A DNA stretch of 64,000 nucleotides from Patescibacteria group bacterium (GCA_038063735.1 JBBTUN010000001.1:9751-73750), one strand, 5' to 3'; shown: positions 38,373 to 49,390, counted from the stretch's first letter. Notes: generated from the letters alone by a model not told the origin. Program-made: numbers and translations.

Positions 38373-38432
38373 CTAGTGCTAACGAGGCAGAATTGTTCTT
38401 AAGTATAACAGGAAAGAGGAAAGTCTGAGAAC

Positions 38433-38633
38433 CTACTTTTCGTCTTTTAAGTAGAGGCCAAGAATCCCAAGGACTCCGGCAACTAAAAATAGTTGTGTTG
38501 GAGCAAGTGTTGTGTAATCTTGGTTAGTGACTGCCTGAATAGCAGCAATGACTATAACTACAAGAGTCAGAGCAATTAGAGCTTGTGAGATTGGTGTTCC
38601 TTTAGACTTTTTGATTACCGCTCTTTTGGCCAT
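38433..38633 (-). CDS. small hypothetical membrane protein (66 aa, two TM helices)
   Basis: ORF only. Confidence 0.35.
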   Translation of the reverse strand: MAKRAVIKKSKGTPISQALIALTLVVIVIAAIQAVTNQDYTTLAPTQLFLVAGVLGILGLYLKDEK

Positions 38634-38690
38634 ACAATATTATATTTACACCTTTTGTAGTTATAGTCAAATATTGTACAGTCAAATATT

Positions 38691-38718
38691 TTGAAAATGA
38701 GCGTAAATTTGGTATAAT
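38691..38718 (+). promoter_or_regulatory. sigma70 promoter TTGAAA-N16-TATAAT for RNase P RNA
   Basis: -35 at 38691-96 and -10 at 38713-18. The mature 5' end is predicted about 7 nt downstream. Confidence 0.55.
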
Positions 38719-38721
38719 TCG

Positions 38722-39137
38722 TTCGTCTTTTGGGAAGAAGAACGATTGCCCTCCGTCGCATAAAGCTATGGAGGGAGGAAAGTCCAGACAGCAGGAAACA
38801 GGAGGCGGGGTGTTATGCTCCGAACCGCAAGGTCTAGTTACAAAATCGGGAAACCGGTTATGTACAGGTTTTGAATTAACAAAATCCGAGAGCCACAGAG
38901 ACGAGTTAGGTTCTAAGTCTTTGATATGAACTTAAAGTGAAACGTTGGCAATCCTCTCTGCTGCAACCCAGAATTTCGTCCATAGGACGACCAGCCTTTG
39001 GCTGGGAACCGTTATTACTATGTTTCCGGAAGGTTCAAAGTAGGGGCATCCCGTCTAAAACGGGACTAGATGTAATTTTGTCATTTAGAGATAGATAATC
39101 GTTAAAACAGAATCTGGCTTACTCTCTTCCCAAAAGT
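38722..39137 (+). ncRNA. rnpB: RNase P RNA
   Basis: GGGAGGAAAGTCCAGAC matches the universal GAGGAAAGUCC motif and AACAGAATCTGGCTTAC matches ACAGAAnCCGGCUUA. The 5' CTTTTGGGAAGAAG pairs with the 3' CTCTTCCCAAAAG to form P1. Confidence 0.75.
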
Positions 39138-39139
39138 CT

Positions 39140-40168
39140 TTATTGCTCCTGCAAAGATTCGTCTAAATGTTCGTCTTCGTTTAAAATTTCGCTAACAATT
39201 ATTTTGATTATAATGAGCGTTGGCGGTGCTAGAAAAACGCCACCCACTCCGGCAATTTTTGCTCCTATTAACAGAGCAACTATGATTATAGGTGGTTGAA
39301 GGCCAATCACTTTTGACATAATCGTCGGAACAATTAAGTGGTTTTCAAATTGTTGCACAAGAAGAAACAATGCACCTGTCGCAAGTGCCATTATTGGGCT
39401 AATTGTAAGCGCTACGAGAATTGCGGGGATGGATGATAAAATTGGCCCTATTATTGGAACTATCTCTAAAATGCCGGCAATAAGTGCAAGCGGCAAAGCA
39501 TAAGGGATACCTAAAACTTGCAGGCCAACAAACGTTAACGTACCAACTATAAAAGATAAGGCTAGCTGCCCTCGCAACCATCGGCCCAGTCCCTTTTCGA
39601 TCTTGGATATCACGTTAATTACTCTTTTTTCTTGCTTTCCTGAAAATGGGGACGCTGTGAGCCTAATAAATTTATTCCAGTCCAAAAGTAAATAAAAAGT
39701 TAAAACAAAAATTGTGAGAACTAACAGAATGCTTGATAAAATTGTTGATGAGATTGCTACAATGTTTCCGACAAACTGTTGAAGCTGCTTTGAAGCAATT
39801 ATTGACAAATCTTCAACAGGAATTTTTGCAAATATAAAAAAATCGTTAACGCTAGCTATTATTTGGGGTAGTTTTGTAGATAAGGCCGTAGTTTGGTCAA
39901 TTAGAGGCGGTACAATTATTCCTATTGCAAAGGCAATTAACACAACTACCCCTAAGTAAACGATAACGACAGACATAACCCTGGGGATTTTTTTGTTTGT
40001 TAACCATTCAACGGGTTTAAGGAGGGCAGCAACTAAAATCACCGATAAAAAAACAAGTATTATTATTTCTTTTATTTGAATAATGAACCAAATACTAATT
40101 AAAAAAGCAGTTGCAAAGAAGATGGTTTTTCTCGAAATTTCAACTTTTACTAAATCGTTATTTGCCAT
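39140..40168 (-). CDS. AI-2E family transporter (PerM/UPF0118 permease)
   Basis: Polytopic membrane protein with the AI-2E layout. The start is trimmed to the internal ATG (MANNDLVK...) to avoid running through the miaA 3' end. The ORF track extends to 40237. Confidence 0.7.
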   Translation of the reverse strand: MANNDLVKVEISRKTIFFATAFLISIWFIIQIKEIIILVFLSVILVAALLKPVEWLTNKKIPRVMSVVIVYLGVVVLIAFAIGIIVPPLIDQTTALSTKLPQIIASVNDFFIFAKIPVEDLSIIASKQLQQFVGNIVAISSTILSSILLVLTIFVLTFYLLLDWNKFIRLTASPFSGKQEKRVINVISKIEKGLGRWLRGQLALSFIVGTLTFVGLQVLGIPYALPLALIAGILEIVPIIGPILSSIPAILVALTISPIMALATGALFLLVQQFENHLIVPTIMSKVIGLQPPIIIVALLIGAKIAGVGGVFLAPPTLIIIKIIVSEILNEDEHLDESLQEQ

Positions 40169-41105
40169 TTTTTTGAGTATACCAAAGGTGAAGACTATTT
40201 TCGAATTCTTTTTTAAAATCCTTTTTAGTAATGTCAAATATAAGGGCTTGCGGGAATTGGTTAATAAAGGTTTTTTGTCGTCTTATGAGGTCGTGTATGT
40301 CTCCTCTTAAATTTGTAAGTGCCTCTTTCTTAGGAATTTTTCCCAATATGTAGCGAGTAAGCCAACGATACTCTAAACCGAGAGAGTCGAACCACTCGGG
40401 ATTATTGTATTTTTCTAACAGACTTTTTACTTCCGCGATCATACCTAAAGTTAGGCGAATATCAAGCCACTCGTCTGCTCTTTTGTATAAAAAGTCGTTT
40501 GGTGCTGTTAGGCATACAATTAATTTTTTTGAATTCTTATCTGGCTTAACAAGGTTTGCTCTGGTGGAACTTTTACTTGTAGCTACCTCTATTGAACGAA
40601 TCAGGCGTCTTGGATTTTTGCGGTCTGAGCTATTAAGGGCGAGCGCTCTTTTAGAGTCGAGGCTGAGAAGCTCTTTGTACAGAGCTTCTACTGATAAACT
40701 GTTCAGTTCTTTTCTTAACTTTTCGTTTCCAGGGATGCCAAATGTATCAAAACCAAAAAGCGCAGATTTTATGTAAAAACCGGACCCACCCACCAAGATT
40801 GGCATTTTCGCTGATTTTTCCAGCTTTGTGATGACCTTATATGTATACCTAGAAAAGTCGGCACTGGAGAAATTTTTTAAGGGATCTGAGATATCAAAAC
40901 CATTTATTTTTATTCTGTTAACAATCCAATAGCCATTTTTCTTTATAACCTTTGCGCCTGGGCTTGCCTTTCCAGAACCTATGTCTAGGTGTCTATAAAT
41001 CTGTCTTGAATCCGCGGAAATAACTTCTGCTTTGTAGCTTCTTGCAACGTTTATGGCAAGATCTGTTTTACCTGTTACTGTCGGTCCAAAGATTACGAGC
41101 ATCAT
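40158..41105 (-). CDS. miaA: tRNA dimethylallyltransferase
   Basis: VIFGPTVTGKTDLAI...ISADSRQIYR. Confidence 0.85.
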   Translation of the reverse strand: MMLVIFGPTVTGKTDLAINVARSYKAEVISADSRQIYRHLDIGSGKASPGAKVIKKNGYWIVNRIKINGFDISDPLKNFSSADFSRYTYKVITKLEKSAKMPILVGGSGFYIKSALFGFDTFGIPGNEKLRKELNSLSVEALYKELLSLDSKRALALNSSDRKNPRRLIRSIEVATSKSSTRANLVKPDKNSKKLIVCLTAPNDFLYKRADEWLDIRLTLGMIAEVKSLLEKYNNPEWFDSLGLEYRWLTRYILGKIPKKEALTNLRGDIHDLIRRQKTFINQFPQALIFDITKKDFKKEFENSLHLWYTQKNGK

Positions 41106-42717
41106 AAAGCAGCCATCCGTTCCCTATATTTATAGTAGGAAATTTACTTAAATAGTTCTCGTTAATTTTAAAGTCGGTTTTTTCTTGGGGGCCAAATGTT
41201 ATATAGCTAATTGTATTTTTTTTAATGATGTTGTCAGCTTCTTGTGAACCTATATATATTTCCTTTATTTCATTTTCTCGCTGGGAATAATTTACCCCAT
41301 GACTCCACAACCAACCAGGGTAACCGACGTAAGTTGATCTACCAGTTAAGGTCGGGATTGGATTATTATGGTTTTGAGCGTTGACAAAAATCGCGTCCTT
41401 TGCGGTTAGCAGTTTAATTGACTCTGCAGCCTCTAGGTCTGTTTTTGAGAATATTTGATATGAAGTAACTGGAGTAAAAGTTCTAAAAATATCAACAGTC
41501 CCTGACAAAATCATAAAAAATATTAGGATTCCTCCCAGGATTTTAATAACGACGTTTTTCTTAAATATATAATCGTAAAAAAAGTAGGCAACGATAATAC
41601 AGGATGCAAAATACCAGTAAATTAAAAGTTTACTATTATCAAATTCCCACGGCTGAAACACCCAAATATTGGAAACGATGAATAAGACTAAAAAGGGTAA
41701 GTATAGTATAAATATCTCTTTTTTCTTATAAAGCCATACTAACGCGGCAACTAAGATTGGCAGGAATAGCCCTAAGTTTTTAAACCAAAACCATAACAAG
41801 TTTTCTTTGCTAGTCCAACCCGGAGCAAACCTTATAAATTTAACAGGGCTGGCGACCGAAGATATTGCATTTAGTATAGGGAGTGCGACTATGACAGTTA
41901 AGATTCCAAATATTAACCAATTTTTAATTGTTGCGATTTTATCTCTCGAAAACACAACGCTTAGAGGGGCGTAAAGAGCAGTTAAAATAAAAAGTACAAA
42001 TAAACTGTGTGCTTGCACCAAAGATAAGGAGCCTGTAAGTAAACCGGCTAAAACGAAATAGATAGTCTTTTGCTTTTTGTATCCTGTGTACAAAATAAGT
42101 AAAACTAAAATGGTTATTGGGAAAGCAAAAAGAAAGGCTCTTTGGGGAAGAAAATATGCGAGATAAGAATTAATCCACCAATATCCTAAATCTTTTAAAT
42201 CTGTATATTCTCTCGGCAGTGAAAACAAAAAGTCGAAAATTGATTTCTGAGAAAGTGAATAATCTTTTAATAGGTAGTAAAAACCAAATCCACCATTTAC
42301 AAAAAAAAACAGTAGCGTTAAGAAGACAACTTTTTCGTTTTTTACAAAATGGTTAATAAATGATTTTGCTACATAAATTGTAATAAGGCCGACAATAAAA
42401 GTTGTTATAAAAAGCGCAAAATCGACACTGGTGTACTTTGCGACGATAGCCGTTACAAGGTCTGCAAATATTGGATAGTTTACTTTATCTTGCGCATAAA
42501 TTGGATTATCTATCATTATTTTATTGGCCACCAAGTATTTGTTGATAAGGCTTAAGTGGAAAACCAGGTCCCCATACAAATTTACTTGCCCAACGAACCA
42601 ACCATTGTTTTTGACCTGAAGCATTTCTTTTGCAAAATGCCAAAACAAAAACCCGAAAAGGCCATAAGTTAGGGCAGATGTTTTAGTGATGGGGGCAAAC
42701 TTTTTCATAAATTTCAT
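41068..42717 (-). CDS. polytopic membrane protein, putative GT-C fold glycosyltransferase
   Basis: 549 aa with more than 10 TM helices and a soluble C-terminal domain. No firm motif. Confidence 0.5.
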   Translation of the reverse strand: MKFMKKFAPITKTSALTYGLFGFLFWHFAKEMLQVKNNGWFVGQVNLYGDLVFHLSLINKYLVANKIMIDNPIYAQDKVNYPIFADLVTAIVAKYTSVDFALFITTFIVGLITIYVAKSFINHFVKNEKVVFLTLLFFFVNGGFGFYYLLKDYSLSQKSIFDFLFSLPREYTDLKDLGYWWINSYLAYFLPQRAFLFAFPITILVLLILYTGYKKQKTIYFVLAGLLTGSLSLVQAHSLFVLFILTALYAPLSVVFSRDKIATIKNWLIFGILTVIVALPILNAISSVASPVKFIRFAPGWTSKENLLWFWFKNLGLFLPILVAALVWLYKKKEIFILYLPFLVLFIVSNIWVFQPWEFDNSKLLIYWYFASCIIVAYFFYDYIFKKNVVIKILGGILIFFMILSGTVDIFRTFTPVTSYQIFSKTDLEAAESIKLLTAKDAIFVNAQNHNNPIPTLTGRSTYVGYPGWLWSHGVNYSQRENEIKEIYIGSQEADNIIKKNTISYITFGPQEKTDFKINENYLSKFPTINIGNGWLLYDARNLWTDSNR

Positions 42718-42755
42718 CTAAAACCTGATTGATTGTACAATAACTTCATTATATA

Positions 42756-44042
42756 TTGTTACTAATGAGCGCCAAAAAGTTTTCGTTTATTTTTATTCTG
42801 GCTCTGACCATTTTTTCTTTTGTTCTTAGGCTTTATCGATTTGAAGAGCCTAACAGGTATTACTTTGACGAGGTATACCATGCCGTTACTGCAAAAGCGT
42901 ATGCCGACAATAATCCCGCTGCTTATGACCCGTTTGCGCCTGCGCCAAAGGAGGGTACTGCTTACGATTGGCTTCACCCACCTCTTGCAAAACTTATTCA
43001 GGCAGGATCAATAAAAATTTTTGGCGACAATCCGCTTGGCTGGAGACTTCCTGGCGCAATCTTTGGGACGGCAATAATTCCGGCAACATTTGTTTTAGCT
43101 TTTTTGCTTTTTGGGCCAGTTGCTGCTGTTTTTGCATCCACTGTTATTGCATTTGAAAACTTAACATTTGTAATGAGCAGAATAACAATGAATGATGTCT
43201 TCCTTACTTTTTTCGTGATTGGGGCCTATATTTTTACCGCGCTATACGCAAAAAGCTTTAAATTTATTCACTTGGCCGGTGCTTCAATATTTCTTGGACT
43301 TTCCCTTTCCAGCAAATGGCCCGGATTATATGCAATCGGTTCAATATTTTTGTATGTTCTTTTTTTGCAATTCAAAAATAAGACACTAAACTTCTGGCCG
43401 GTTTTACTGATTGTTATACCAATTATTTTTTACGTATCATCTTATGGTCAGTTTTGGGCACAGGGTCACACAATTACAGAGTTTCGCGATTTACATAAAC
43501 AGATATGGTGGTATCAAAACAGACATGATCTTGAGCACTCGTATGGGACTACACCGCTATATTGCGTTCCTCAAGGATTAAATGGTCCGAAAACTTGGTG
43601 CCCCTGGATATTTGATATTAGAGGAGTATATTTTTCGTATGAAGATTATGGGAGTGATATGGCAGGGTATATTTATGCACTTGGTAACCCTTTAATTTTT
43701 TGGGTCGGGATAATGTCTGTTTCTTTTTTGCTTGGAAAAGTAATTGAAGACAAGGACAGAAAGATTGCTTTAGTACTTTTAGGTTATTTTATTTTTTGGG
43801 TACCCTGGATTTTTTCACCCAGAATATTATTTCTATACCATTATTTACCGTCCCTGCCTTTTCTTGCAGTTTCTTTAGGACTTGTTTTATCAATTATTTA
43901 CAAAACAAGGTTTAAATATATTTCTATCGTCATAGTACTCGTTTTTATTGTAGTTTTTTTCTACCTTTATCCAATAAGTTCCGGACTTCCTCTTAAAATT
44001 AGTGATATAGACAAGTTTATGTGGCTAAAAACCTGGAGATAA
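42756..44042 (+). CDS. GT39/PMT-family phospholipid-carrier-dependent glycosyltransferase
   Basis: YFDEVYHAVTAKAY...WLHPPLAKL is the PMT/ArnT-type DE motif region. Polytopic. Confidence 0.75.
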   Translation: MLLMSAKKFSFIFILALTIFSFVLRLYRFEEPNRYYFDEVYHAVTAKAYADNNPAAYDPFAPAPKEGTAYDWLHPPLAKLIQAGSIKIFGDNPLGWRLPGAIFGTAIIPATFVLAFLLFGPVAAVFASTVIAFENLTFVMSRITMNDVFLTFFVIGAYIFTALYAKSFKFIHLAGASIFLGLSLSSKWPGLYAIGSIFLYVLFLQFKNKTLNFWPVLLIVIPIIFYVSSYGQFWAQGHTITEFRDLHKQIWWYQNRHDLEHSYGTTPLYCVPQGLNGPKTWCPWIFDIRGVYFSYEDYGSDMAGYIYALGNPLIFWVGIMSVSFLLGKVIEDKDRKIALVLLGYFIFWVPWIFSPRILFLYHYLPSLPFLAVSLGLVLSIIYKTRFKYISIVIVLVFIVVFFYLYPISSGLPLKISDIDKFMWLKTWR

Positions 44043-44043
44043 A

Positions 44044-45192
44044 TTAACGAACTGCGGTTCTTTGGGTCCGTTGATTATTAATAAAGAGATTTAATTCTTG
44101 CCATCTTCTTTCCTTTTCTTTATGAGTAATATTATCTTCAAGGGCTTTTGAGGCGGCAGTATTGGGCCTGTTTGAATATTTTGATACGTATGCATATGCA
44201 AAGTTGGCTTTTTTAACCAGCTCTACCGTGCTTGCAAATTGTTTCTCTGTTTCTCCAGGAAACCCCACAATAATATCTGTGGAGATTTGGGCTTCGGGAA
44301 TTCTGGCCCTTATTTTTTTAAGTAATTTTAGATAATCGTGGTTTGTGTACCATCTATTCATTTTTTTTAAAATTTCATCGTCTCCGGATTGAACCGCGAG
44401 GTGCAAATTACGATCGATTTTATTGTTTTTTGCTATTGTGTCTATTAACTCATTGGAGAAATCCCAAGGATTGGAAGATATAAATTTAACAGTATCTATA
44501 CTTTTAATTTTACAAACCTCTTCCAGTAAATATGGAAAGAGGGTTGGAATCCGGTATTTTCCTAAATGTTTTACGATTACAGGTTTTACGACCCTACCAG
44601 AAGAAAGAGTATAACCTTTTGAATTTTTAACCAGATCTGCGCCATATGAATTTACGTTTTGCCCAAGAAGTGTGACAACCTTGCAGCCTTCGCGTGCCAA
44701 TGATTTAATTTCTTCTACTATATCTTCAAAAGGACGGGAAACTTCGCGCCCTCTTGTAAATGGCACGACACAAAACGTACAAAAGTTATTGCAACCATTG
44801 GAGATTGGCACCCATGCATGGCTAACATCATTTCTTAGAGCAGGATAATCAAAACCTACTTCCTCAAGAGGCAGGAACTCGTCTACTTCCGGCATTCTTT
44901 TTCTAAGAGCCTTTATGTATTTTCCAGATTCGTCTCGTGTGGCCATACCAACCATGCATCCGGTAATAACAATTTTGGGTTTATTATTTTCTTTTGCGAT
45001 ATTTTTGACTAAGCCAGTTACTCTATCTTCGGCACTTTGACGTATCATGCAGGTGTTGATAACGACCTCACTGGCTGATTTTATACTTTTGGATTCTTTA
45101 AACCCTCTGGCTTTGTAGTAACTGGCTATTCTTTGGCTATCTGCCATATTTTGCTGACAACCAAAAGTTTTTATAAAGAATGTTGATGGCAT
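44044..45192 (-). CDS. miaB: MiaB-like radical-SAM methylthiotransferase (no clear TRAM domain)
   Basis: IKTFGCQQNMADSQ is the MTTase N domain and CNNFCTFCVVP is the radical SAM CxxxCxxC motif. 382 aa. Confidence 0.8.
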   Translation of the reverse strand: MPSTFFIKTFGCQQNMADSQRIASYYKARGFKESKSIKSASEVVINTCMIRQSAEDRVTGLVKNIAKENNKPKIVITGCMVGMATRDESGKYIKALRKRMPEVDEFLPLEEVGFDYPALRNDVSHAWVPISNGCNNFCTFCVVPFTRGREVSRPFEDIVEEIKSLAREGCKVVTLLGQNVNSYGADLVKNSKGYTLSSGRVVKPVIVKHLGKYRIPTLFPYLLEEVCKIKSIDTVKFISSNPWDFSNELIDTIAKNNKIDRNLHLAVQSGDDEILKKMNRWYTNHDYLKLLKKIRARIPEAQISTDIIVGFPGETEKQFASTVELVKKANFAYAYVSKYSNRPNTAASKALEDNITHKEKERRWQELNLFINNQRTQRTAVR

Positions 45193-45275
45193 AGCTCGTG
45201 AAATTCTAACATAGGCTTATTTGACTTCCAAGGTTAAATAGGGGTATATTCTTCTCGCCCCGGAGAGGGTATTTT

Positions 45276-45614
45276 ATGTCTAGAGGAGAAAAAGTACTAC
45301 TATCAGGACCAGATTTGGAAACATATCAACAAGTTCTTGCAGAGGTAAACGAAAGAGACCTTGGGGAAACGGGTGTAGTTATTTCGACACCTGAGCAAGA
45401 TATTTACGCCCCTAAGTCACCGCTAAGCGGTCTACAAGAACAAAAATCAGATGGTAATGAAATAAATGGGGAAGAATCAACTGGCTCTAAAATGACACAA
45501 GGGACTGCTGAACAAGTCCATATTTTTAGGGTCAGGACCACACTAAGAATTGTAAGGAATCTTCACCCTAAAGATGCAGGAAATGCATTTGATGAGATAA
45601 GAAAAGCTGCTTAA
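45276..45614 (+). CDS. hypothetical protein
   Basis: 112-aa ORF with a GGAGAGGG RBS. A TTGACT-N18-TATATT promoter lies at about 45221-45250. Confidence 0.4.
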   Translation: MSRGEKVLLSGPDLETYQQVLAEVNERDLGETGVVISTPEQDIYAPKSPLSGLQEQKSDGNEINGEESTGSKMTQGTAEQVHIFRVRTTLRIVRNLHPKDAGNAFDEIRKAA

Positions 45615-45626
45615 ATTTTTACTAAA

Positions 45627-45899
45627 TTATTTAATTAATCTTTTTAGGGTTTTGCCTGCAGTAAAACCGGGTAGTTTGTGTCCTGCGATTTTTATTGAGT
45701 TTCCTGTTTGGGGATTTCTTCCTGCCCGTGTTGCTCTTTTTCTTACTTTAAATGTTCCGAAACCTGTTATTACAACTTTGTCGCCTTTTACCATTGCCTC
45801 TTTGATATTTCCAAAGACAGCGTTTACAGCGGTTTCTGCCGTTTTTCTTGTTAGGCCTACTTTTTTAGAAACTTTTTCTACTAGCTCTTTTTTTGTCAT
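45627..45899 (-). CDS. hup: DNA-binding protein HU
   Basis: MTKKELVEKVSKKVGLTRK...GFGTFKVRKRATRAGRNPQTG. Confidence 0.9.
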   Translation of the reverse strand: MTKKELVEKVSKKVGLTRKTAETAVNAVFGNIKEAMVKGDKVVITGFGTFKVRKRATRAGRNPQTGNSIKIAGHKLPGFTAGKTLKRLIK

Positions 45900-45950
45900 T
45901 TATTTATGAACGTTTAGGGATTATATCCTACTGATTTCTCCTGGTCAATC

Positions 45951-47429
45951 TTACTTGGCAATGTCTACTGCCCTGACTTCTCTAATGACAGTTATTGTAA
46001 TCTGGCCCGGATAAGTTAACTCGGTTTCGACTTTTTGTCTAATGTCACGCGCCAGAATAACAGCACCTTCATCGTCGACAATTTTGGGATCTACAATAAC
46101 CCTGACTTCCCTTCCGGCTTGGATTGCATAAGCTTTGTCTACTCCACCGAAGGACATCGCTACCTTTTCTATATTTGTTAATCTTTTTATGTAATCTTCG
46201 ACCGCTTCATGTCTTGCTCCAGGCCTTGCTCCAGAAACCGAATCTGCAATATGAACAATTATTGATTCAATAGAGGAGAATGGTTCATCTTCATGATGTT
46301 GAGCGATACAATTGATTACTTCTTGAGGAAAATTCCATTTTTTAGCAAGTTGAACACCTAACTGTACGTGTGTTCCTTCTTTTTCCATCTCGGTTTTACC
46401 AATGTCATGAAATAGGCCTCCGGTTGCAGCAATTATCGAGTTTGCGCCAACTTCGTCCGCTATCTTTTTGGCAATTTTACCTGTTTCCAAGCAGGCGATA
46501 AGCTGATTTTGCCCATACGAATATCTAAATTTAAGTCTGCCTAAAGTGTCTAGTGCCTCTTGCGGCAAATTGAAAAGGCCGAGTTCATTTGCTGCACGTC
46601 TGCCAGCATCGGACATGTCCGAGGTTATTTGGGCTCTTGCTTTTTCTACCAGTTGCTCAATTCTCGTTGGCTGGATTCTCGCATCTTTAACAAGCCATTC
46701 AAGCGCAGTTCTTGCAATTTCTCTTCTTACAGGATCAAATGACGACAGCCTAACTTCGCCTTCAATATCACTATCGAGTTCAACATCTACGCCTGTTGCC
46801 AATTCGAATGTCCTAATGTTTCTGCCTTCTTTACCAATTATTCTTCCTTTAATATCGTCTGATTCCAGTTTAACTGTTGATACTGTGTACTCTGCTACCC
46901 AATCTGTCGCGCCGGCTATCATTGAATTAACAATAATTTCACGGCTTTTATCTGCGGCTTCTGCTCTTATATTTTCTTCCGCTTGCTTTATTCTTTTGGC
47001 AACTTCTGTTTTTAATTCTTCTTCAAGGTTTTCTAAGATTAATTTTTTTGCTTCGTCACGCGTTAGTGAAGACACTCTAGAAAGCTTATCAATTAGTTCG
47101 TTTCGTGTTTTGGAAAGCTCTTGAGCCTTTTGCTGGTATGCTTGTTTTGCATCCTCGTTTTGATTTTCCAGTTTGGTGATTTGATTTATTTTTAAATCCA
47201 AGGCTTCTTCTTTTTGGGCAATTCTCTTTTCAATTTCTATACTTTCCTGGCGAACTTTTCTTGATTCTTCCTCTGCAGACTTTTTTATTTTGAAGGCTTC
47301 GTCGCGCGCGTCTTGAATGATTTCTCTTGCATCGCGGTTCCCACCAGAATCTGATCTTGGTGTGCCCACAGATACCACAACTTTGCCAGTTTTACTCTGA
47401 TTTTGATTTTGATCGTCGTAATAGCTCAT
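45951..47429 (-). CDS. rny: ribonuclease Y
   Basis: N-terminal coiled coil, KH domain and HD domain (GGLFHDIGK). Confidence 0.85.
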   Translation of the reverse strand: MSYYDDQNQNQSKTGKVVVSVGTPRSDSGGNRDAREIIQDARDEAFKIKKSAEEESRKVRQESIEIEKRIAQKEEALDLKINQITKLENQNEDAKQAYQQKAQELSKTRNELIDKLSRVSSLTRDEAKKLILENLEEELKTEVAKRIKQAEENIRAEAADKSREIIVNSMIAGATDWVAEYTVSTVKLESDDIKGRIIGKEGRNIRTFELATGVDVELDSDIEGEVRLSSFDPVRREIARTALEWLVKDARIQPTRIEQLVEKARAQITSDMSDAGRRAANELGLFNLPQEALDTLGRLKFRYSYGQNQLIACLETGKIAKKIADEVGANSIIAATGGLFHDIGKTEMEKEGTHVQLGVQLAKKWNFPQEVINCIAQHHEDEPFSSIESIIVHIADSVSGARPGARHEAVEDYIKRLTNIEKVAMSFGGVDKAYAIQAGREVRVIVDPKIVDDEGAVILARDIRQKVETELTYPGQITITVIREVRAVDIAK

Positions 47430-47559
47430 AAGTTAATCTATAGGAAATCAAACGAAGAAGCTCGCGACTAGCGGTTAAATATTTGTGCGCTTTTTGTAAA
47501 AATTACTTAGCATATACAAACAAATTTTTACTCCTAAGTGATTACCTTTAGAGGAAATT

Positions 47560-48225
47560 TTATCTCTTTTTGAGATATATTGCAAATGCCTCACTTATAG
47601 TCTCGTAATCAAAGCCTCGGTTGGCTAAAAATGCGTATATTTTCTTTTTTAAGCTGAAACCGTCAAGCTTTTTCCACCTAGATTCTCTTTTTGACAGGGC
47701 AATTAGTGCCAGTTTAACCTCGTCTTGTCCTTTTTCAAACTTTTCCAGAACCTCTCTACTTAATCCTTTTTGTGTTAGTTCCTGCTTTATTAATTTAAAT
47801 CCTTTTTGTTTATTAGCGTTTCGGGATTCTATCCACCATGTTGCAAATTCAAGATCATCAATATAATTGTATTTTTTTAATTTGTTGATTACTTCTTCGA
47901 TTACTTTCGTTTCTTTCGCTTCGCTAAATTTAATTTTTTGCTTTGTAGATATCTTTTTTATTAAATAGTCTTTTATTTCTTTTTCACTTCTGGGCCGGAA
48001 AGAGAGAAAGTTTATTGCACGATCGACGAGATAATTAAAAAATTCCCCTTTTGTTATTTGGATTATTTCATTTTCGCTTAGGATCTTGCCTACAGCTAGT
48101 TTAAATTTGAGCAGATTTTCCTGACCTATGCTAAAAGTATATTTTTCGTTTAGGTAAACGTTAAATCTTTTTTTATCTTTATTTTTTGTAGCTTTTTGAG
48201 GATCTAAGCTTGTTATTTGCAACAC
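47560..48225 (-). CDS. recX: RecX family regulator
   Basis: Size, its position immediately upstream of recA, and a helical repeat composition. Confidence 0.7.
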   Translation of the reverse strand: MLQITSLDPQKATKNKDKKRFNVYLNEKYTFSIGQENLLKFKLAVGKILSENEIIQITKGEFFNYLVDRAINFLSFRPRSEKEIKDYLIKKISTKQKIKFSEAKETKVIEEVINKLKKYNYIDDLEFATWWIESRNANKQKGFKLIKQELTQKGLSREVLEKFEKGQDEVKLALIALSKRESRWKKLDGFSLKKKIYAFLANRGFDYETISEAFAIYLKKR

Positions 48226-48228
48226 AAC

Positions 48229-49305
48229 TTAGGCAGTCGGGATAATTTCTTCCAGGATTTCATCATCGTCCGACTCGTGATTTGTGGTAACTTGCGGTTT
48301 TGTTGGTGTGCCTTTTTTAACTTTTACCCAAATTTCTTTTTCTACTTGGTTATAGTCTTTCTTATGCTCAGCAAAATAGGCTTTTGCACTTTCCCGACCC
48401 TGTCCAATCAATTTAGTCCCCCACCTATAAAATGCACCACTTTTTGAAACCAAACCCATTTCAACGGCAACATCCAAAAGTCCGCCTTCCTTGGAAATCC
48501 CTTCTTCACCGGTAATATCAAACTCTGCAAGCCTGAACGGCGGGGCAACTTTATTTTTAACAACTTTTACCCTGTGTCTCGAGCCAATGACTTTGTCACC
48601 ATCTTTGATATTGTCAATTTTGCGAATATCTAAGCGGACTGAGCAATAAAATTTAAGTGCGCGACCTCCTGGGGTAGTTTCCGGATTTCCAAACATTACG
48701 CCAATTTTTTCTCTAAGTTGATTTGTAAAAATAACTACTGTTTTTGATTTTGAAATAACACCGGTGAGTTTTCGAAGAGCCTGTGACATTAAACGGGCCT
48801 GCACTCCCATCATAGAGTCACCCATTTCTCCTTCAATTTCTGCCCGGGGCACAAGTGCTGCTACAGAGTCTATGACAATTATGTCAACGGCGCCAGAGCG
48901 AATTAGGGTTTCGGTGATTTCCAGTGCTTGTTCTCCCGTGTCCGGTTGCGAGATTAGAAGGTCGTCCAAATTAACTCCGACCTTTTCCGCCCAGACCGGG
49001 TCAAGGGCGTGTTCTGCATCAATTAGAGCTGCATTGCCACCATTTTTTTGGGCTTGAGCAATAGTTGAAAGGGTAAGAGTAGTTTTACCTGACGCCTCGG
49101 GTCCATAAATTTCTATTATTCTTCCTCTTGGCAGACCGCCCACTCCCAAAGCAAGATCCACTGGTACAATTCCTGTTGGTATAACGTCAACTTCGAATTT
49201 GCCAACCTGCTCTCCCATTTTCATTATTGAGCCTTTACCGTAAGCTTTTTCTATTTGAGATATGGCAGTTGCTATGGCTTGTTTTTTAGCGTCGGAGTTA
49301 TTCAT
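48229..49305 (-). CDS. recA: recombinase RecA
   Basis: [10 protein letters not shown] Walker A and the conserved RecA core. 358 aa. Confidence 0.95.
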   Translation of the reverse strand: MNNSDAKKQAIATAISQIEKAYGKGSIMKMGEQVGKFEVDVIPTGIVPVDLALGVGGLPRGRIIEIYGPEASGKTTLTLSTIAQAQKNGGNAALIDAEHALDPVWAEKVGVNLDDLLISQPDTGEQALEITETLIRSGAVDIIVIDSVAALVPRAEIEGEMGDSMMGVQARLMSQALRKLTGVISKSKTVVIFTNQLREKIGVMFGNPETTPGGRALKFYCSVRLDIRKIDNIKDGDKVIGSRHRVKVVKNKVAPPFRLAEFDITGEEGISKEGGLLDVAVEMGLVSKSGAFYRWGTKLIGQGRESAKAYFAEHKKDYNQVEKEIWVKVKKGTPTKPQVTTNHESDDDEILEEIIPTA

Positions 49306-49371
49306 TTGCGAAGGTCAGCATAGTTTTACTATACATTAATATAAAAAACAAGCTCCTTGTCACAAATAGTT

Positions 49372-49380
49372 TGATATAAT
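49372..49380 (+). promoter_or_regulatory. extended -10 promoter (TGaTATAAT) for tRNA-Pro
   Basis: TG at 49372-73 and TATAAT at 49375-80. The tRNA starts 11 nt downstream. Confidence 0.45.
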
Positions 49381-49390
49381 TCGTACGCTG

